The notes beneath the pieces were generated by a model. It ran no database searches, was not told the origin of the DNA, and worked only from the letters and a program-made list of their open reading frames with translations. Below, piece by piece: positions 46,741 through 60,496 of a stretch of DNA of 64,000 bases. Numbering within the stretch: the stretch's first letter is position 1; the number at the start of each line of letters is the position of its first letter. The position numbers and the translations under genes were made by a program. Source of the DNA: Antedon mediterranea (Eukaryota > Animalia > Echinodermata); the NCBI RefSeq assembly GCF_964355755.1, contig NC_092675.1:4397812-4461811 (forward strand). The letters run 5' to 3'.

Positions 46741-47239
46741 TAGTCTGGGTTCCAGACAGAGTTTTGTCCTAATATTAGTAAAAAATTTAATGTTTTGGCA
46801 CATATGGCGTTTCATATGTATATTACTTGATTTTGGATAGTCGGTTTGGGGAAACACGTACAAGTCGCGTGGTTTGACACCAAGAATTCTTGGTGCATAC
46901 GATTATCCAGTTGACTAGTTTCAGCCACATTGGCTACTCACTCGTACGCTGTTTTAATATTCATATTTTAGAATTTCAAAGATTCAATGCAACAACTAAA
47001 GATAATGCGCATGCGCTATGTTACGTTTAGACAATATGTACTTGGGTACATTGATGAACGTTTCTGAAGGCTAGAAATGATTTGATATGCCTAGTGGTCT
47101 GGTAAACATTTGATGGGATTTTTTCCAAGAACATGAAAACTCGTCTTGATATGATAGGTTAGCTTCGCACGACCTCCAAAAGCAAATCTTTGTAGAACTA
47201 GAAAATCCTTCGTTGTAAATAGCATTCATATTTTTAATT

Positions 47240-47447
47240 CTAATGTAAGTTGTTAATGCAATTTTTAATAGTTTCACATTTTTAACAGTATTTTTAACTT
47301 TTTATCTTGTATTTTTAATCTGTTATAATACTGCTGCACGTTTTTAAATTGTTGCAATATTGTTGTTTTAATCTACCAAGCAAAGTGAATTTCCATTTTT
47401 ATGGACAAATAAAATTTCTTGAATCTTGAATCTTGAATCTTGAATCT
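47240..47447 (+). mobile_element. LINE 3' UTR relic with (TCTTGAA)4 tail
   Basis: GAATTTCC..GGACAAATAAA followed by a 7-bp tandem tail; left boundary approximate. Confidence 0.55.
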
Positions 47448-50400
47448 TCTCTGCAAATCAAACATTGAATGGATCATTTATTATGCGGAGATAATTTGAT
47501 TTAATTGCCACCCAGCCCAGACCCTGTCCCTGTGTGGTAGTGTGTAGCTCTGTTGTCTGCCGGTGGTGGTATGTACCTTATTGGCGTTTTATTTGGCAAG
47601 TCATACGTACAGGTTGAGTAGGACCTACGAAGGAGGCCTAGGCCAAGGACTAAACAATTAATAAACAAAACAACTTGGCAACACGATTTTATATTTCAAC
47701 AGTTGTTCAGTCTCGATCGTACATTCAGCACTGTACGTACTCGATATTTTTCATTTTGAAACAAAATGATCATTGGTTGATTCGAAATCCATATTTACAT
47801 TCCGCCTGCCCCATATAGCCAAAAACGGTATGATAACCTACGTCATTCATATCTTTCTCATTATACCATTTATATATTACATATATATATCAAAATCAAT
47901 ATTGTATGTCTACTAAAAATTGAAAAACTGACAATTTAAATTGATGAATTTAGTTTTGATTTACCCTCAAGGGCATGTTCTATTTTATAATACTCTGAAT
48001 AGGATAGCAATAGATGGCTAATATGCAAAAATTACTATAACAATATATCATACATTCTCTAATTAGCATTATTTTTTGAAGTACGCATTATTGTCAATAC
48101 GTGTTTTTAGTAATATTTATTTTTTATTATGTTTTGATGATAAATTATCTTGACTCAGATTTATTACCAACATTGTCATTTAACAAAATAATTGAAAACA
48201 TGAAAGTTGATGTTGTCAATTATGAGAATAAATTGGTTGATTGATAGATAGACAGTAACAATATGGTAAGTCTGTGTACTTTATACCAGATGTATATGTT
48301 TCCATAAGATTTTTTGTTGAATTTTTTATATATATATATATAAACTAAACACTAAAAATAAGATAGATCCACTCAGAATAAAAACAGGATGCATACTCAT
48401 AGCTGAAACCCTGATGTTGTTTGGAATTGGGAGGAGGGAGGAGGGGGTGGTGGGTTGAGTAGGGGTGGTGGGTTGAGTAGGGGTGGAAAATACCCATGGA
48501 CTAGTAAATTATATAGGTAAACTAGCACATTTATAAAAGAAATAAAACCTTATACAGAAAATAGAAGAAAGGTATGTATGTGCATTTGTAGATTTATTAT
48601 TTATGTTAGGCTACTAAAGATCATGCATGTATGTATACTTTATACTAAGACTCAATGGTGAGTTAAATCTTAATAACCCGACTAGTCAATTATTAAGAAA
48701 TATAAATTAAATAGAACACATGTATAAGAAGTGTGCATTGTATAATTGGGGGATTTCTTTTATTTTAGGTTACCTTTAACATTAACGATTATTCTGGTAT
48801 TCTTTCATATTCTTAATTTCTTTGTCCACTGTATTGATCCCATTTTCCTTCTGGAGGAAGCGAACCAAACTGTTGTCATAGCAACATCAATGCAGTACAG
48901 TGGTGTAGCACAGCTTGTACACTATAGCATACACTCTGGCATTTCCTAAAATTCTTAGCATATAATATTTAATTAGGTAACATCATTTGGGTGGGGGGGG
49001 GGGGAAATAATTATAATTTAAACCAAGTCACATTTAATTATGTCGTGTGTAAGAAGGTTGTACTGTATCTTTATTTTTGTTATGTTTTAGTCTATTTCGT
49101 GCCTAGCTTACCTGGATAAACTGACAATAGCCCATGCTCTCCAGAGGGAGGACTTAGAATTAGATACGAAAAGTTCATAGGATACTCTTGGACCATAATG
49201 GACTAGTCCGCAACCATAGGGACATTCCAACGTACCACCGTCATCATTTCTTTTCGTAACATGAAGACGTTACAACGTACAAAGATTAACATGATACATT
49301 CTATTCAGTGAATAGAAGTTCCTAGTACACACAGAAAGCGAAAGCTCTACTTAAGTTTAATTGAGTGTAGCCCACGTCGTGTCATCTCTAGTGAGAACAA
49401 TTTTTATTGTGTTGTAATTATTATGAACAAAATTTCCTACCTCATTTAGGAAATGCAAAATTGGCATGCCATGCTCAAATGTATTTATTAATATATGTTA
49501 CACAATTTTACCATTTCCTGATTTAGTACTTCAATTTATGTATAGGCCTATATGCGCTACACACTCTATAGGAATGAACTAAAATTGTCTATTTTCAATA
49601 TTTATCATTTTATCAGATACTGCATTATCACATCACATGCTAAAAATTTACAAAACTCTTCAGGTAACTAAAATATATTTTATTAAGGCAATCTTATCCC
49701 TTTAAATTGTAATGCTTCTGCCTCTCCCATTCCAAATCTTTTTACAACATAGCCACCTCACTGTTAGCTTTTTTCTTGGCACCTATTAGTATTATTCATG
49801 TATCCTTGAACATTACACTATCTTTAATAAGGTTGGAAGCAACTCATGTTGAAAATGTAGGTCACTGTTAGAAATAATTAGAACCAAATGTTACTTTCAG
49901 AATAATTATAATGATTTTTATCTTCCATATCCAATGTTTTGTTTCATTAGCTTTCACATTGTGGTCCTAATATTTCCCCGATGTTTACCCAAAGTTAGTT
50001 CCAAAAATTCAATTACAAAGTCCACGTTTTCTGACAATCATTCTAGATCCACTGACGTCATAAAATGTTTATCGAGGCCAAGGATTGTTGTAAGAATGTT
50101 GAGCTGTTTTCGTTTTTTTTTTGCCTGTTGCTGTTACCTTTCTACAACAGGTGATTTTGTAAAAGTCATATCAACCTTAAATGACCTAACTTAGACTTAT
50201 GTCTGCCATTTTTACGCTAAATAACAGCCAGATGTTTTTCAGTAGTCTCGTCTCTTGGGACTTTGTTGAGATTCCTTGGGATCAGGCACGAGACACAAAA
50301 TTGCTCAGTTTACTACTCATGCAGTCCTGATTGACATTTATTTTTATTAACTGTAGTATGTAGTAAATAATTGTAGTGTACTATTAATTATGTTGGAAGT

Positions 50401-51284
50401 TCATTATGCATTATTAGTGGTTCTGTAGAAAAGTGGTTTCAATCTTGTTTAGGTTCAAATCCTGTCACCATCTTATTACTGTTATTTTTCACTTGACCAA
50501 AAACAGTTCCACCACACAGTATGATATATATTGTACTTATAAGCCAGGTACATTTCTCCCTCTCTAGATTAATAATGACATTTTTGCTACTACATGCTAG
50601 CATTAAAACACATAAGGTGATTTTATTTTGTAATTATACATTGATGAGATGGTACTGTATATTACAGTTTGTACTTTCGAATTCGCTATAATAAGGATTT
50701 AAAATTGAATTGCTTGCTTTTGTCCTATCGTCTTTTTTGTCTCGCAAACCAGTAGTTTTTGCTTCCTTAGAAATGGTATTGATTATTGTCAACAACGTTA
50801 TGAAATAATAACTTGTTTCATATTAACTTGATTCATTTGATGGTAGACATACAGTCATTTTAGTTGTTTAGTTGTTTCCAAATAGACTTATATGATATTG
50901 AGAACGCAACATTTACTGTATGCATCAAATGAATGATAAATGTTAGCATACCAGTATATACAGTAGTTTCTTATATATCTAAATATTTTAATTAGTCTCA
51001 ATTATGATGATTTGATGCTAAATGCAGTTCTTTTTAATGCAAATTTACTGAGAAAAAGACAATATGTAGACGCTACACAGTAGATCTTTGATACAAAAGA
51101 AATAAGCAAAACATTTAAATCTTAATTATCTTTCTGCAATTTTAATTAATAACGTAATTCTTATTCTCTATGTTTTATAAATCAAAAATTAATATGTAGT
51201 ATAGTATAAATGTAGACCTTGTACACCAGCAGCGAACAGTAATTAATATACAGTAGTATATGTGACTGTGGAACTACAGAGTTA

Positions 51285-51577
51285 TGCACTTGTCAATTGT
51301 ATGACCCACTATACGACCCCCGGGAGGGGTGCGTCAAAAAACCTAGATGGTACGTCACATCAATGAACAAGGTGTGTCAATGTCCGTCACTTTACCACCC
51401 ACCATATCATAAACAACATGGTCACAGTGCGTCAAAATGGGTGCGTCATGGTCACCTAAAAGTAAGTCACATTTTTTACGCATGGGTGCGTCATGGTATT
51501 CAAAGGTCGACGCACATCGGACAAATGACGCACCTCTCCCGGGGGTCGTATAGTGGGTCATACAATTGACAAGTGCA
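51285..51577. mobile_element. MITE with about 50-bp near-perfect TIRs and TTA TSD
   Basis: TGCACTTGTCAATTGTATGACCCACTATACGACCCCCGGGAG..GTGCGTCA inverted at the two ends; TTA at 51282-51284 and 51578-51580. Confidence 0.9.
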
Positions 51578-53635
51578 TTATACTTCCGTACAAATCCGTA
51601 GGACTGAACCAGGAAAAAGATTAGAGGAAGCCACTTCCTACGGCACTAACCTTTCGTTCGTTACGACAGCTCAAGGTACAAGATTATTGTACGGTACTTA
51701 CGATACGAAAGTCATGCATCGACGATATGGACCTACAACCAATCAAACTTACTCTTGCATACCAGCATTAGTTAATCATGTCTGAACACTTACGATGCTA
51801 ATTACGACCTTGCTTACAATACAAAAGCATAACTTCATGCATCTGAACATACCCACTGTCTTCTGTCTTTAAAGCAAACAGCTGACATTTCTGTATTAAT
51901 TTATCTACAATTGTTTGGGTAAATCCCCTATTGAGTGCAAAGTACAATATTCTACTATTTACCAGTGACATATGCAAGAACATATTTTTACTTTTAACAA
52001 CTTTTAAATCAATATAATTATTAACTAGGGAAACATTGTTTTTACGAGAAAATTTAACTGATTCGAAATTCAAACTTATAAAAATGGAAAATGTGATTGT
52101 GTACACATGTGTCACATATCGGTACCGAAGTGTCTGGAAAGAATTTTATCAATAACTAATTAAATTTAAATTGTAACAGAAACTGTATTCTATTTAGTAT
52201 TTCATTTCCTATGGGAGATGTATGGTGAACCTTTTGTTGTATATTTATATTAATTATTCCTTTTATTTGTCACCATAATCCTTATTTCCTCAGCAATGTT
52301 AAAGCAGGTGATAGTATGCATTGCCTTGCTCGTTTTAAAGTTCAATTCTATCAACCTGTAAACATCTGATTATATAGTCATTATTTTGGAATTAAACGCA
52401 CTACCCTTTGAAAAACAAATATCTATCATAGTTTGTTAATTTAAAAAAGTATAAGTGTTCCAATTCATACCTCTATATATTGTATTTTTCATTTGAGACT
52501 ATTTTCAAATATTGTTGTACTATTGTACTATTACTGGATCATAAGAGCCGTAGCTCAACCATGATGTGCTCTTACATTACAAGGAGTTTTTTTTTGTTTT
52601 ATATTCACCAATGTTTCTAATTGCTGTTGATATGAAATATTTTCTATAAAATAGCAATGAGTATTAAACTTGGTGTTTTTTGCACACCAGTCACGTTTTA
52701 TCATCATCAAAGTAAACCCTGAGGCTTGAATTCTAAACTTAACCATTATTCACCCTTTGTAGGTTGCTATTCCTGACCTGTATTGTACAATATTTAAATG
52801 AATGAGCTATATAATTATTATTAAATGACGTTTTTACGGTTTTAACATTACATTTATTTTTATACATATCAATTCACATTTTCTGAATTTTATTTTTCAA
52901 TTAAAAAGCAATAATTTTATAATTGTTGAATGAAGTAAATTATATTTAATTGGTGTCATTAAATTTGTTTTATGTATTTTTTATATTGACATGCCATGTC
53001 ACATCTTCTATCTGTAGTTAGCCTCTGTATGAGGCACAATATACTTGCTATTTAACAAAAGTTTCAGATGTTCTGATGAAACAACAACAAAAGTTTTTGC
53101 TTGTAATGGTTTTCATTTTTGTAGTTGTCGGTATCGGTTAATAAATTTCAATATTCCATTTACTATTTTTTTTTTTCATTTTCTATTTCGGTAAAAAGAA
53201 TACAGAGTACAACATTCTTCATAGCTCAAGAACAAATTACAAGTGTCTACATTATTATAAATATATAAAAAAAAATATATATATATATAAACCGACGCCA
53301 CATGGTCACATGGTTAATACAATAACTTCATCCATATACCATGTAGATTGGATGATGGAAGAGCAAAATTATAAATGCATTTAGTGACCATTGCCTGTCT
53401 ACAGTAATAGTAATTTTTGCTACGTTTCTTAAACGTGTGCATTGGCTGGAAACACATTGCCTCATGGTTCGACCAGGGTAATGTGATGTACGCTATTGCA
53501 TTACATGTACCAGTTGCTATTCTATACTTCCATACTCAGCCTAGAGAAGTTTCGCATCAGAATCAAAATGTACCTGCAAATAATCCTATTCTTACATCCC
53601 CGATCTGTATCATCTCTATCTATTACATGCTTTAA

Positions 53636-54424
53636 GGGTATGTTCAGACTCGCGGCGTAAAGGGTCTTTCACACCTGTTCCGGCACGGTTCCGGTCCGGC
53701 GAATCGAACATCAATGTTTTGTTTTCACGCGGCTACGCACATATCGATTGCCGCATAGCCGCGTGAAAACGAAACATTGATGTTCGATTCGCCGGACCGG
53801 AACCGTGCCGGAACAGGTGTGAAAGACCCTTTAAGGTAGTGTTATCTACGCAAGGTAATCCGTGCCGTTAAAAGCCAAGGTGTTCAGTCACAACGATCGA
53901 CATTCCAATGCCTTGCGTTTAAAACTGTATACATTCATGACAAAGCATGAAAGTTGACATAGTAAATGTTTTTTGTTATTTTTATTTATATAATGTTACC
54001 TTTAAATATACTGATTTGTTCTTTAATACTACTTGTAGAATTGAATTTTAATTCAAAATAATTTAATTTATTACACAGACAATTATTTAATTTATGAAAA
54101 TATCATATCACTGACGCCAACTTTACTGTTCTTTAAAATTGAAAACCTGAAAATACATTTGACATAGCTATTTCGCTGTCGTATACTAGGGTACACGTAT
54201 GTAGCTGTCTGCTAATCGTGGTCGTGTCTTTTCATTGGTTAAGGTTAAAATCACAGATGCATCACTGGATTAGCGTTATTAAATCTATCTCTCCTGCTAG
54301 AGTTATTAACGCCACTGGTGCAGCGTAACAGCTCCCTAACGCTAATCCGCGGCCTATTTTAGACACAAAATTATGTACGCCGCTTACATAACGCCACATT
54401 AACGCTGTGAGTTTGAACATACCC
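53636..54424. mobile_element. Harbinger-like element with TAA TSD, hosting a nested palindromic MITE
   Basis: TAA-GGGTATGTTCAGACTC...GAGTTTGAACATACCC-TAA. Confidence 0.85.
53661..53830. mobile_element. 170-bp near-perfect palindromic MITE (Harbinger-like)
   Basis: AGGGTCTTTCACACCTGTTCCGGCACGG... arms of about 75 bp with very few mismatches; TAA/TTA flanks. Confidence 0.9.
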
Positions 54425-55225
54425 TAAGAGTGTTTAGTTATTTATATCTTGAGCATTATGGTTACTTTAATCAAATCCATTAATCAAATTTGGTGGACAG
54501 GCAGACAGACAGACGGACAGTCAGTCAATCATCTTCAGGTATTCTTGTGTAGTTTATAAAGATTTATTATTCTAGTGTTATTCTCGTTTCGATTTTGAAA
54601 ATCAACAAATGTCTGAACAAATTTAAAAATCTATAACAAATAAATTTTCCTAATTTTCCAACTAAATTACAAATGAATTTTATAATAGAGATACTGATTT
54701 ATTTATTGATGCCAATAACACACATTTATAGATTTTATGCAAATTTACATTTGAAAAAAAATTATTGAACCTTATTAATATTCATAGCTCTTTTATATTT
54801 TTTTTTTGGAGTGATGCTTGAGTTAGTTTTATATCATTTTGGATTACTAAAGCCAATGATTGTGTTGATTTTCCACATTTCATTCAAGAGATTAAGCTGG
54901 TCTGTTACAAAGTTTTATCTCCACTTATATACTTGCTACAGTTCTTTTTAATTAGAAGTTCAATTCATCAGAAGAATAAAGTAAGTACGTTTGTGTATGT
55001 TTTGTAGAGAAAAAATATTTCTGAAATACTATTAATTTAAAGGGTAAAGAAATTAAATAGTATTTCTATTTATTTTACATAAATTGAACAATAGTGATGG
55101 AATCATAATTTTAAATACTGTAAATCATTATTCAAAAAACATAATGTTAATCATGGTATTGAAGTTGCAAAATAGCTTAAAATAGGTTATGGATATGAAA
55201 AACTAGAAAACGTTGAATTGCTTAG

Positions 55226-55320
55226 GGCCTGTTCATACCTACAGAGTTAAGCCCTGTTCATACCTACAGAGTTAAGCTCTGTTCATACCTACAGAGTTAA
55301 GCCCTGTTCAGACATAGAGT
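55226..55320 (+). repeat. 25-bp minisatellite, about 3.8 copies
   Basis: GCCCTGTTCATACCTACAGAGTTAA at 55226, 55251, 55276 and (partial) 55301. Confidence 0.9.
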
Positions 55321-55744
55321 GGTAAATTTGTATTTTACATGGCACACAACTCTTAACTAGGAAAAGATGAATGGAAGCCATCTTGCATGATATTGTGTTA
55401 GTACGAAAGCTCCAGATATAAGACTAGGGTATGAGAACACTTATGATACAAAAATAATGCACCAATAACTTTGACTTAAGTCAACCAATCAAATTGTTTC
55501 CCACGTTTTTTTAATTTTTGCCTCAACCGGTGACCCTTCTTCAGTCTGTAACGATAGCTATAAATCTGTAGTTGGTTAAAAAAATCCAGGGCAGAGCAAT
55601 ATCAATAGCAAGTAAATAAAGATATTGCTATTACTTCTTCCTTCCTCCTTTCCAACATTGATGTCCTTATCTACACTTGCAAGAGAAAATCATTATCTTC
55701 TTGTGCTGTCCAGAATCTCATTTAAGTATATTTGTACATGGCTG

Positions 55745-55960
55745 AATTGAATTGACCCAGAGGGCCCAGTGGTGATCAGTGACTCTGATGTACTAGTATA
55801 CCGGGGTAACCCCCTACTCGTCTCGAAAGATGTCTTTAAACTGCACATGAGGCAGATGTGTACACTGAACCTATGGTTTACAGTTCCTTATCCGAGGAGA
55901 CTCGTTTTACCACCAGAACCATAGAGCGAGTGAGCCTCAAACCCTTGCTACATTATCAAG
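55745..55960 (-). mobile_element. Deu/Nin-domain SINE in a GLIS intron
   Basis: CCGGGGTAACCCCCTACTCGTCTCGAAAG..TTTAAACTGCAC..CCTATGGTTTACAGTTCCTTATCCGAGGAGACT; (AATTG)n tail at the left end. Confidence 0.7.
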
Positions 55961-56070
55961 GCCTAACCAGTTAGAATATTCAAAACATTGATAGGGTGAC
56001 CTGCTATCTGTTTCATTCAAAACATTTTTAACTATTATACCCATGTCCACCCACACTCTTGCACCAGTTA

Positions 56071-56211
56071 AGCGTGGTTCCCACTAGAACGCAATGCAGC
56101 GTGATGTATGTATTGCGTAATCACAAGTGGAAACCGACGACGCAACAGTGCTGAAAAAATCTCAGGCTTGATTTCATGCAGGCGTTTTTTTACGTTGCGT
56201 TGCTAGTGGGA
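56071..56211. mobile_element. MITE family B variant
   Basis: AGCGTGGTTCCCACTAG...CTAGTGGGA; interior matches 4460-4600 in reverse. Confidence 0.75.
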
Positions 56212-59200
56212 TTTAGGAAAAAATCGAAAAGTGCAGCATTCTGTTTGTATGTAGAAAATACTTTTTGGTTATTTAGCAGAAAAGTGCTCATCGCCGAAAT
56301 ATTTGTAATAATTATAATATTTATTGGGAAAATATTTTAGCAATAATTACTGTATATAAATAAACTTGTTAACTTGTTACAGCAATTAGAGTGTTGATGT
56401 ACAATTAATCTCCAGTTTACACATTCCTATAAAGCCAAATATTGCCTTTTGTTCAAACTACAAAAGATTTGTCTAAGTACTATTGATATGATCATTAAAA
56501 AAATGCAAATTAATAATTTACAAATAAATTTTCCAATTATATCTTTTATTTCCAACGAGTAGGTAAACATCCATACGCATGTGGCCCTATTTAAAATCAT
56601 CAAATTTCCATGACAATAATACACAAATTTGAACACTTGAAATTCGGTATTAAATTTACACTGACGACCCCCTATCTTGCTTTCATCTTAAAGTATTCAC
56701 CAACCAGTTGGTCCTAATTACAAATGATAAATATTTATAACATATAAAAGAATGATTATCTTTTTATATTAATTTTAACATGTGCAAATATTACAAGAAA
56801 ACATATCTATTGAATTTAAATTTTAAGAAAATTGTGCTTTATCTTTTACAGATGGTCTCTTAATTATTTTCCCAAAGAAATTTTGTTAATCATAATCTTA
56901 ATTATTATTGTATTGATAATACAATGTAAAAACACATGTTTTTTTTTACAATTATTAAAGTCATAAAATTATTACATTAGGCCTATTCAAGTTATTTTTA
57001 AACTATTTAAAATTCTTCAACATTATAGGATATTAATATATCTCATTTAAGTTTGGATAATAAAATTTACCCAATCAACGTCAAGAAAGTTCACCAATGA
57101 AAATCCAATTTTATTTTTAGTAATAAATAGGCTGCAACATGGTCTTAATTGTTTTTAACACTAAAATAGTTTTCAGCAGAAACGACAGAAGGACATTTTT
57201 TGTGTGTTTAAAAACTTTGCAGACCCAATTTCTACAAAACATACCAGTAAATTGAGATTTACCCCTTTCTGTACAGTTCCAATTATAGAGCTCAGTTTTT
57301 ATTTTGTTGCTGGCCCAGTTTCTGCTGCAAAATCTTTCTTTTCTTTGCTGTTTTGATTCATCATATACCAAGATTGATGACTTATTCTGTGTATATAAAG
57401 ATCTGATGCAGAGCCTGTTGAAAGGTATTAGTTATAAAGTAATAACTTGTGCTAAAAATAATGACTACTAAATAATAATCACGTCATTGAGTTGAGTACA
57501 TGATATATTTCATGATTCATTTTATTTCACTTAAGTATCAGGTAAGCATGTAACAATAGAAAACAAGAAAAAGAAAAAGGGGTAGAATTGAGAAAACTTG
57601 ACAGATGTCCAAACTTTACTGGGAACAAGTTGATGAGAACTTGTGGCATATGATGTAAGCAAATCCTCAGAGTATACTTGGGGTTAAATGTACTTCTACA
57701 AACAGGTCAAGAACAAGACCTTCTGAAGTCATGTCAAAATACCTCTACAGTAGTTACCTCTGTAGTTTAATATTCTAGTACAGGTGACTATACAACAAGG
57801 GTCCACTGTTCCCAAATCTATGGGTCTAATGTTTTTATGATTATTGTAAAAATGGTAATAAGTGATAAATAAATAGGCAAACATTAAGGTGCAGTTTCTG
57901 ACCTTAAAACGTATTGTAATCTTGTATATGTATTTATTTGTTTGTTATATCGAGGGTCCTTACAGGGATGGATAGGCCACCCTCATTAAAGATGGTATTA
58001 AATAAATTAATATATCCATACCATAAACTATCCATTTATGTGGACATTTTTCAAAAGTATTACGAAATCATATAGTCATAATTTTTAAATATTAAGTACT
58101 TCGGAATAAAAAGAAATACATAGTGCTACAGAATCTTTGTCTGGGGTTACTTTTAATAGAATATAAAATTTAATTTACAAAGTTTCTTCCCAGGTGGATA
58201 TTATAAGGCCAAGAGTCCACCCAGACCATTAAATCAAGTTATTTATTGCAAAGATGTACAAAAACTGAATGGTCAAGAAAAGATGTGTTTAAAATATTTG
58301 GTTTGAGTTATGGCTTAGTGGACACCTGTTATTATTAAGAGTCTCAATTTGATATTTACTTTCCCCAATAAAATAAGTCATTTGGAGAAATTAAGTGCAT
58401 TTGGACTACAGTAGAATCCATCTTTGTGTTAAATGAATGAGGAGTCAATATATGTTTTAACATACAACCCATACTATTTATCTTTATTTTATTTTTTTTT
58501 AAAGTCTAATGTCTGATCATACATGTATGGTGTATATACCAGACAACTGTATGACCGTGTATGACTTCCTTTACTTCTCATAAATACTTTTTATAATTCA
58601 TAATCCAAGTCTTATATGCTTTTCAGACATTTTAAAATCTGCTCCCTGTAGTGGAAGCATACTTGTACATTCAATAGTTATTTAAATGAAATGTCTTTGA
58701 TACCAATGTGCGGTATATCATTACCTTCTAGATTGCGATTATGTCGGGTACACAGCACATGGGATCATAAGTATTAATGCATGTTTTAACTAAATCCCTT
58801 TCTTTTTACATTGTTTCTTGCACATGATTTTCATAATCTGTGCGGTTCCGATGGGAAAGCTGCTGTAAATATGTTAAGTACTTGCAGATGATGTTTAGTT
58901 AGATCTGATGGTGGTACTATGTTGTATTCTGTGCAACCACCTTACACAATTGAATCCTAGAGATTAACATGAAGTTGAATAAACTTGAACTATTTATTGT
59001 TTATTCTGTCATCTGTAATAAACTATTTGTAGGATAGTAAAGGGGGTTCCCCTAAAAACTTTGTTTTATAAAAAAAACTAAAGTAGCAAAAAAAAGTAGC
59101 AGCTAAGTTTGTAGATCTTATAACCAATTAAACTAGTGGAAACAATTTTAAAGTTCGTTTCAGAGCAAAAAATCTTGGTATGAGGGTCAATGGGAGTGAC

Positions 59201-59692
59201 TGTGAATACTTTTCAAATTAATAATTAGCCATCGAAAATATAGTTTAAATATGCATGATGATTATATATAAAAGAAGACAAAACAGCAACAAACTTTTAA
59301 TCTACTATTTGTATAGTAAGTGGGTTTTTGTGTTTGTGTGTGTGTGTGTCGGGGGTGGGGGGTGGGGGGTGTCAGTGTATTTTTCAATACAAATTTCTGG
59401 AATTTGGAACTGACTTATATTTGATTATGACTCATCAGTTTATTTTGTGAATAACTATTTATGACTGAAAGTAAAATTGTTTCATTATTATTGCTTGGAT
59501 TATTTTAGTCTGCCAAAGACCCAGCATGACTTGTAAGAAGAGCATCAGTTTTATATCATGCTGTGTGCTTGTAGATCAGATAGACACAACAGTTTAACAA
59601 TTTAGCCAAAAAGAAACAATTTTTCTTTTACTGTAGAACCTCTTCTATTAGGAAGGCATCTTCACCACTCAACAAAGTGTCAGTATTGTTAC

Positions 59693-59850
59693 GTTCTCTC
59701 TACAGTATCAAAATTTTTTGACAAAAAAAAGTGTGATTTGCCAATATTTGGTGTGATATTTAAAATATGGTGAGATATTTAAAATATGGTAATGATATGA
59801 TATCATCATGTCCATATATGGCTTTTTTTACTGTAAACAGATCAGCTATA
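59693..59850. mobile_element. Degenerate MITE family A
   Basis: TTTGACAAAAAAAAGTGTGAT..ATATGG..CATCATGTCCATATATGG core. Confidence 0.65.
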
Positions 59851-60496
59851 ACAATACTGCATATGATTAAACTACAACAAACACCCATTGGGCCTTGTTG
59901 GGTACGGAAGGTAGAGTAGTAGAGAAGAAATTGTTGCATTATCTTGAAGTAAACATAAACAAATTCATAGAAAAATTACTATCAGTACTTTCATCACAAA
60001 CAACAGTTCAGTTGTGGCAATAATTATAGGAATATCCATATGACACACTATTGACTGGACAGTGGAAGCAGAAGGTGTAACTTGGGCTGTTTACAAAATG
60101 TTTAAGCATCCAGAACACGCTGCTGGTGCCAGAACATCCTCAAATCTAGTCGGTTATTTACAAACAAAATGTGATTAACATTTTAAATTTGTGTGCAAAA
60201 GTAGCATTTGCATAGAATTCTAACAAAAAACTTTATTTATATTGAAAGGTCATGACATGGTCCAAAAGGACCAGTGTGTACCCTGCAAATCTGCTCGGTT
60301 AACTCTGAACTCTGACGCCCTTCTAAATCCAGGGACAGTCAGTCAAAACTCTCAAAAATCTTGAACATGCCCTCATGCACTGAATAGACATTTTATAATT
60401 AACAGAAATATATATACAGTAGTTGTGCTAGGTAGAGCTTGTTTTCTCTCAGTCTATTTCAATTTTCTAATAAATTTATTTTTCTTTCAATTTCAG

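Noticed and set aside
48428-48486. GLI/GLIS autoregulatory sites or G-quadruplex
   Set aside because: An 18-bp duplicated G-rich unit; no exact GACCACCCA or GLIS consensus, and function is unsupported.
53060-53100. Hammerhead ribozyme (CTGATGA..GAAA)
   Set aside because: The core words overlap and the three required stems are absent.
55226-55320. CRISPR-like array
   Set aside because: No unique spacers, eukaryotic context and no cas genes.
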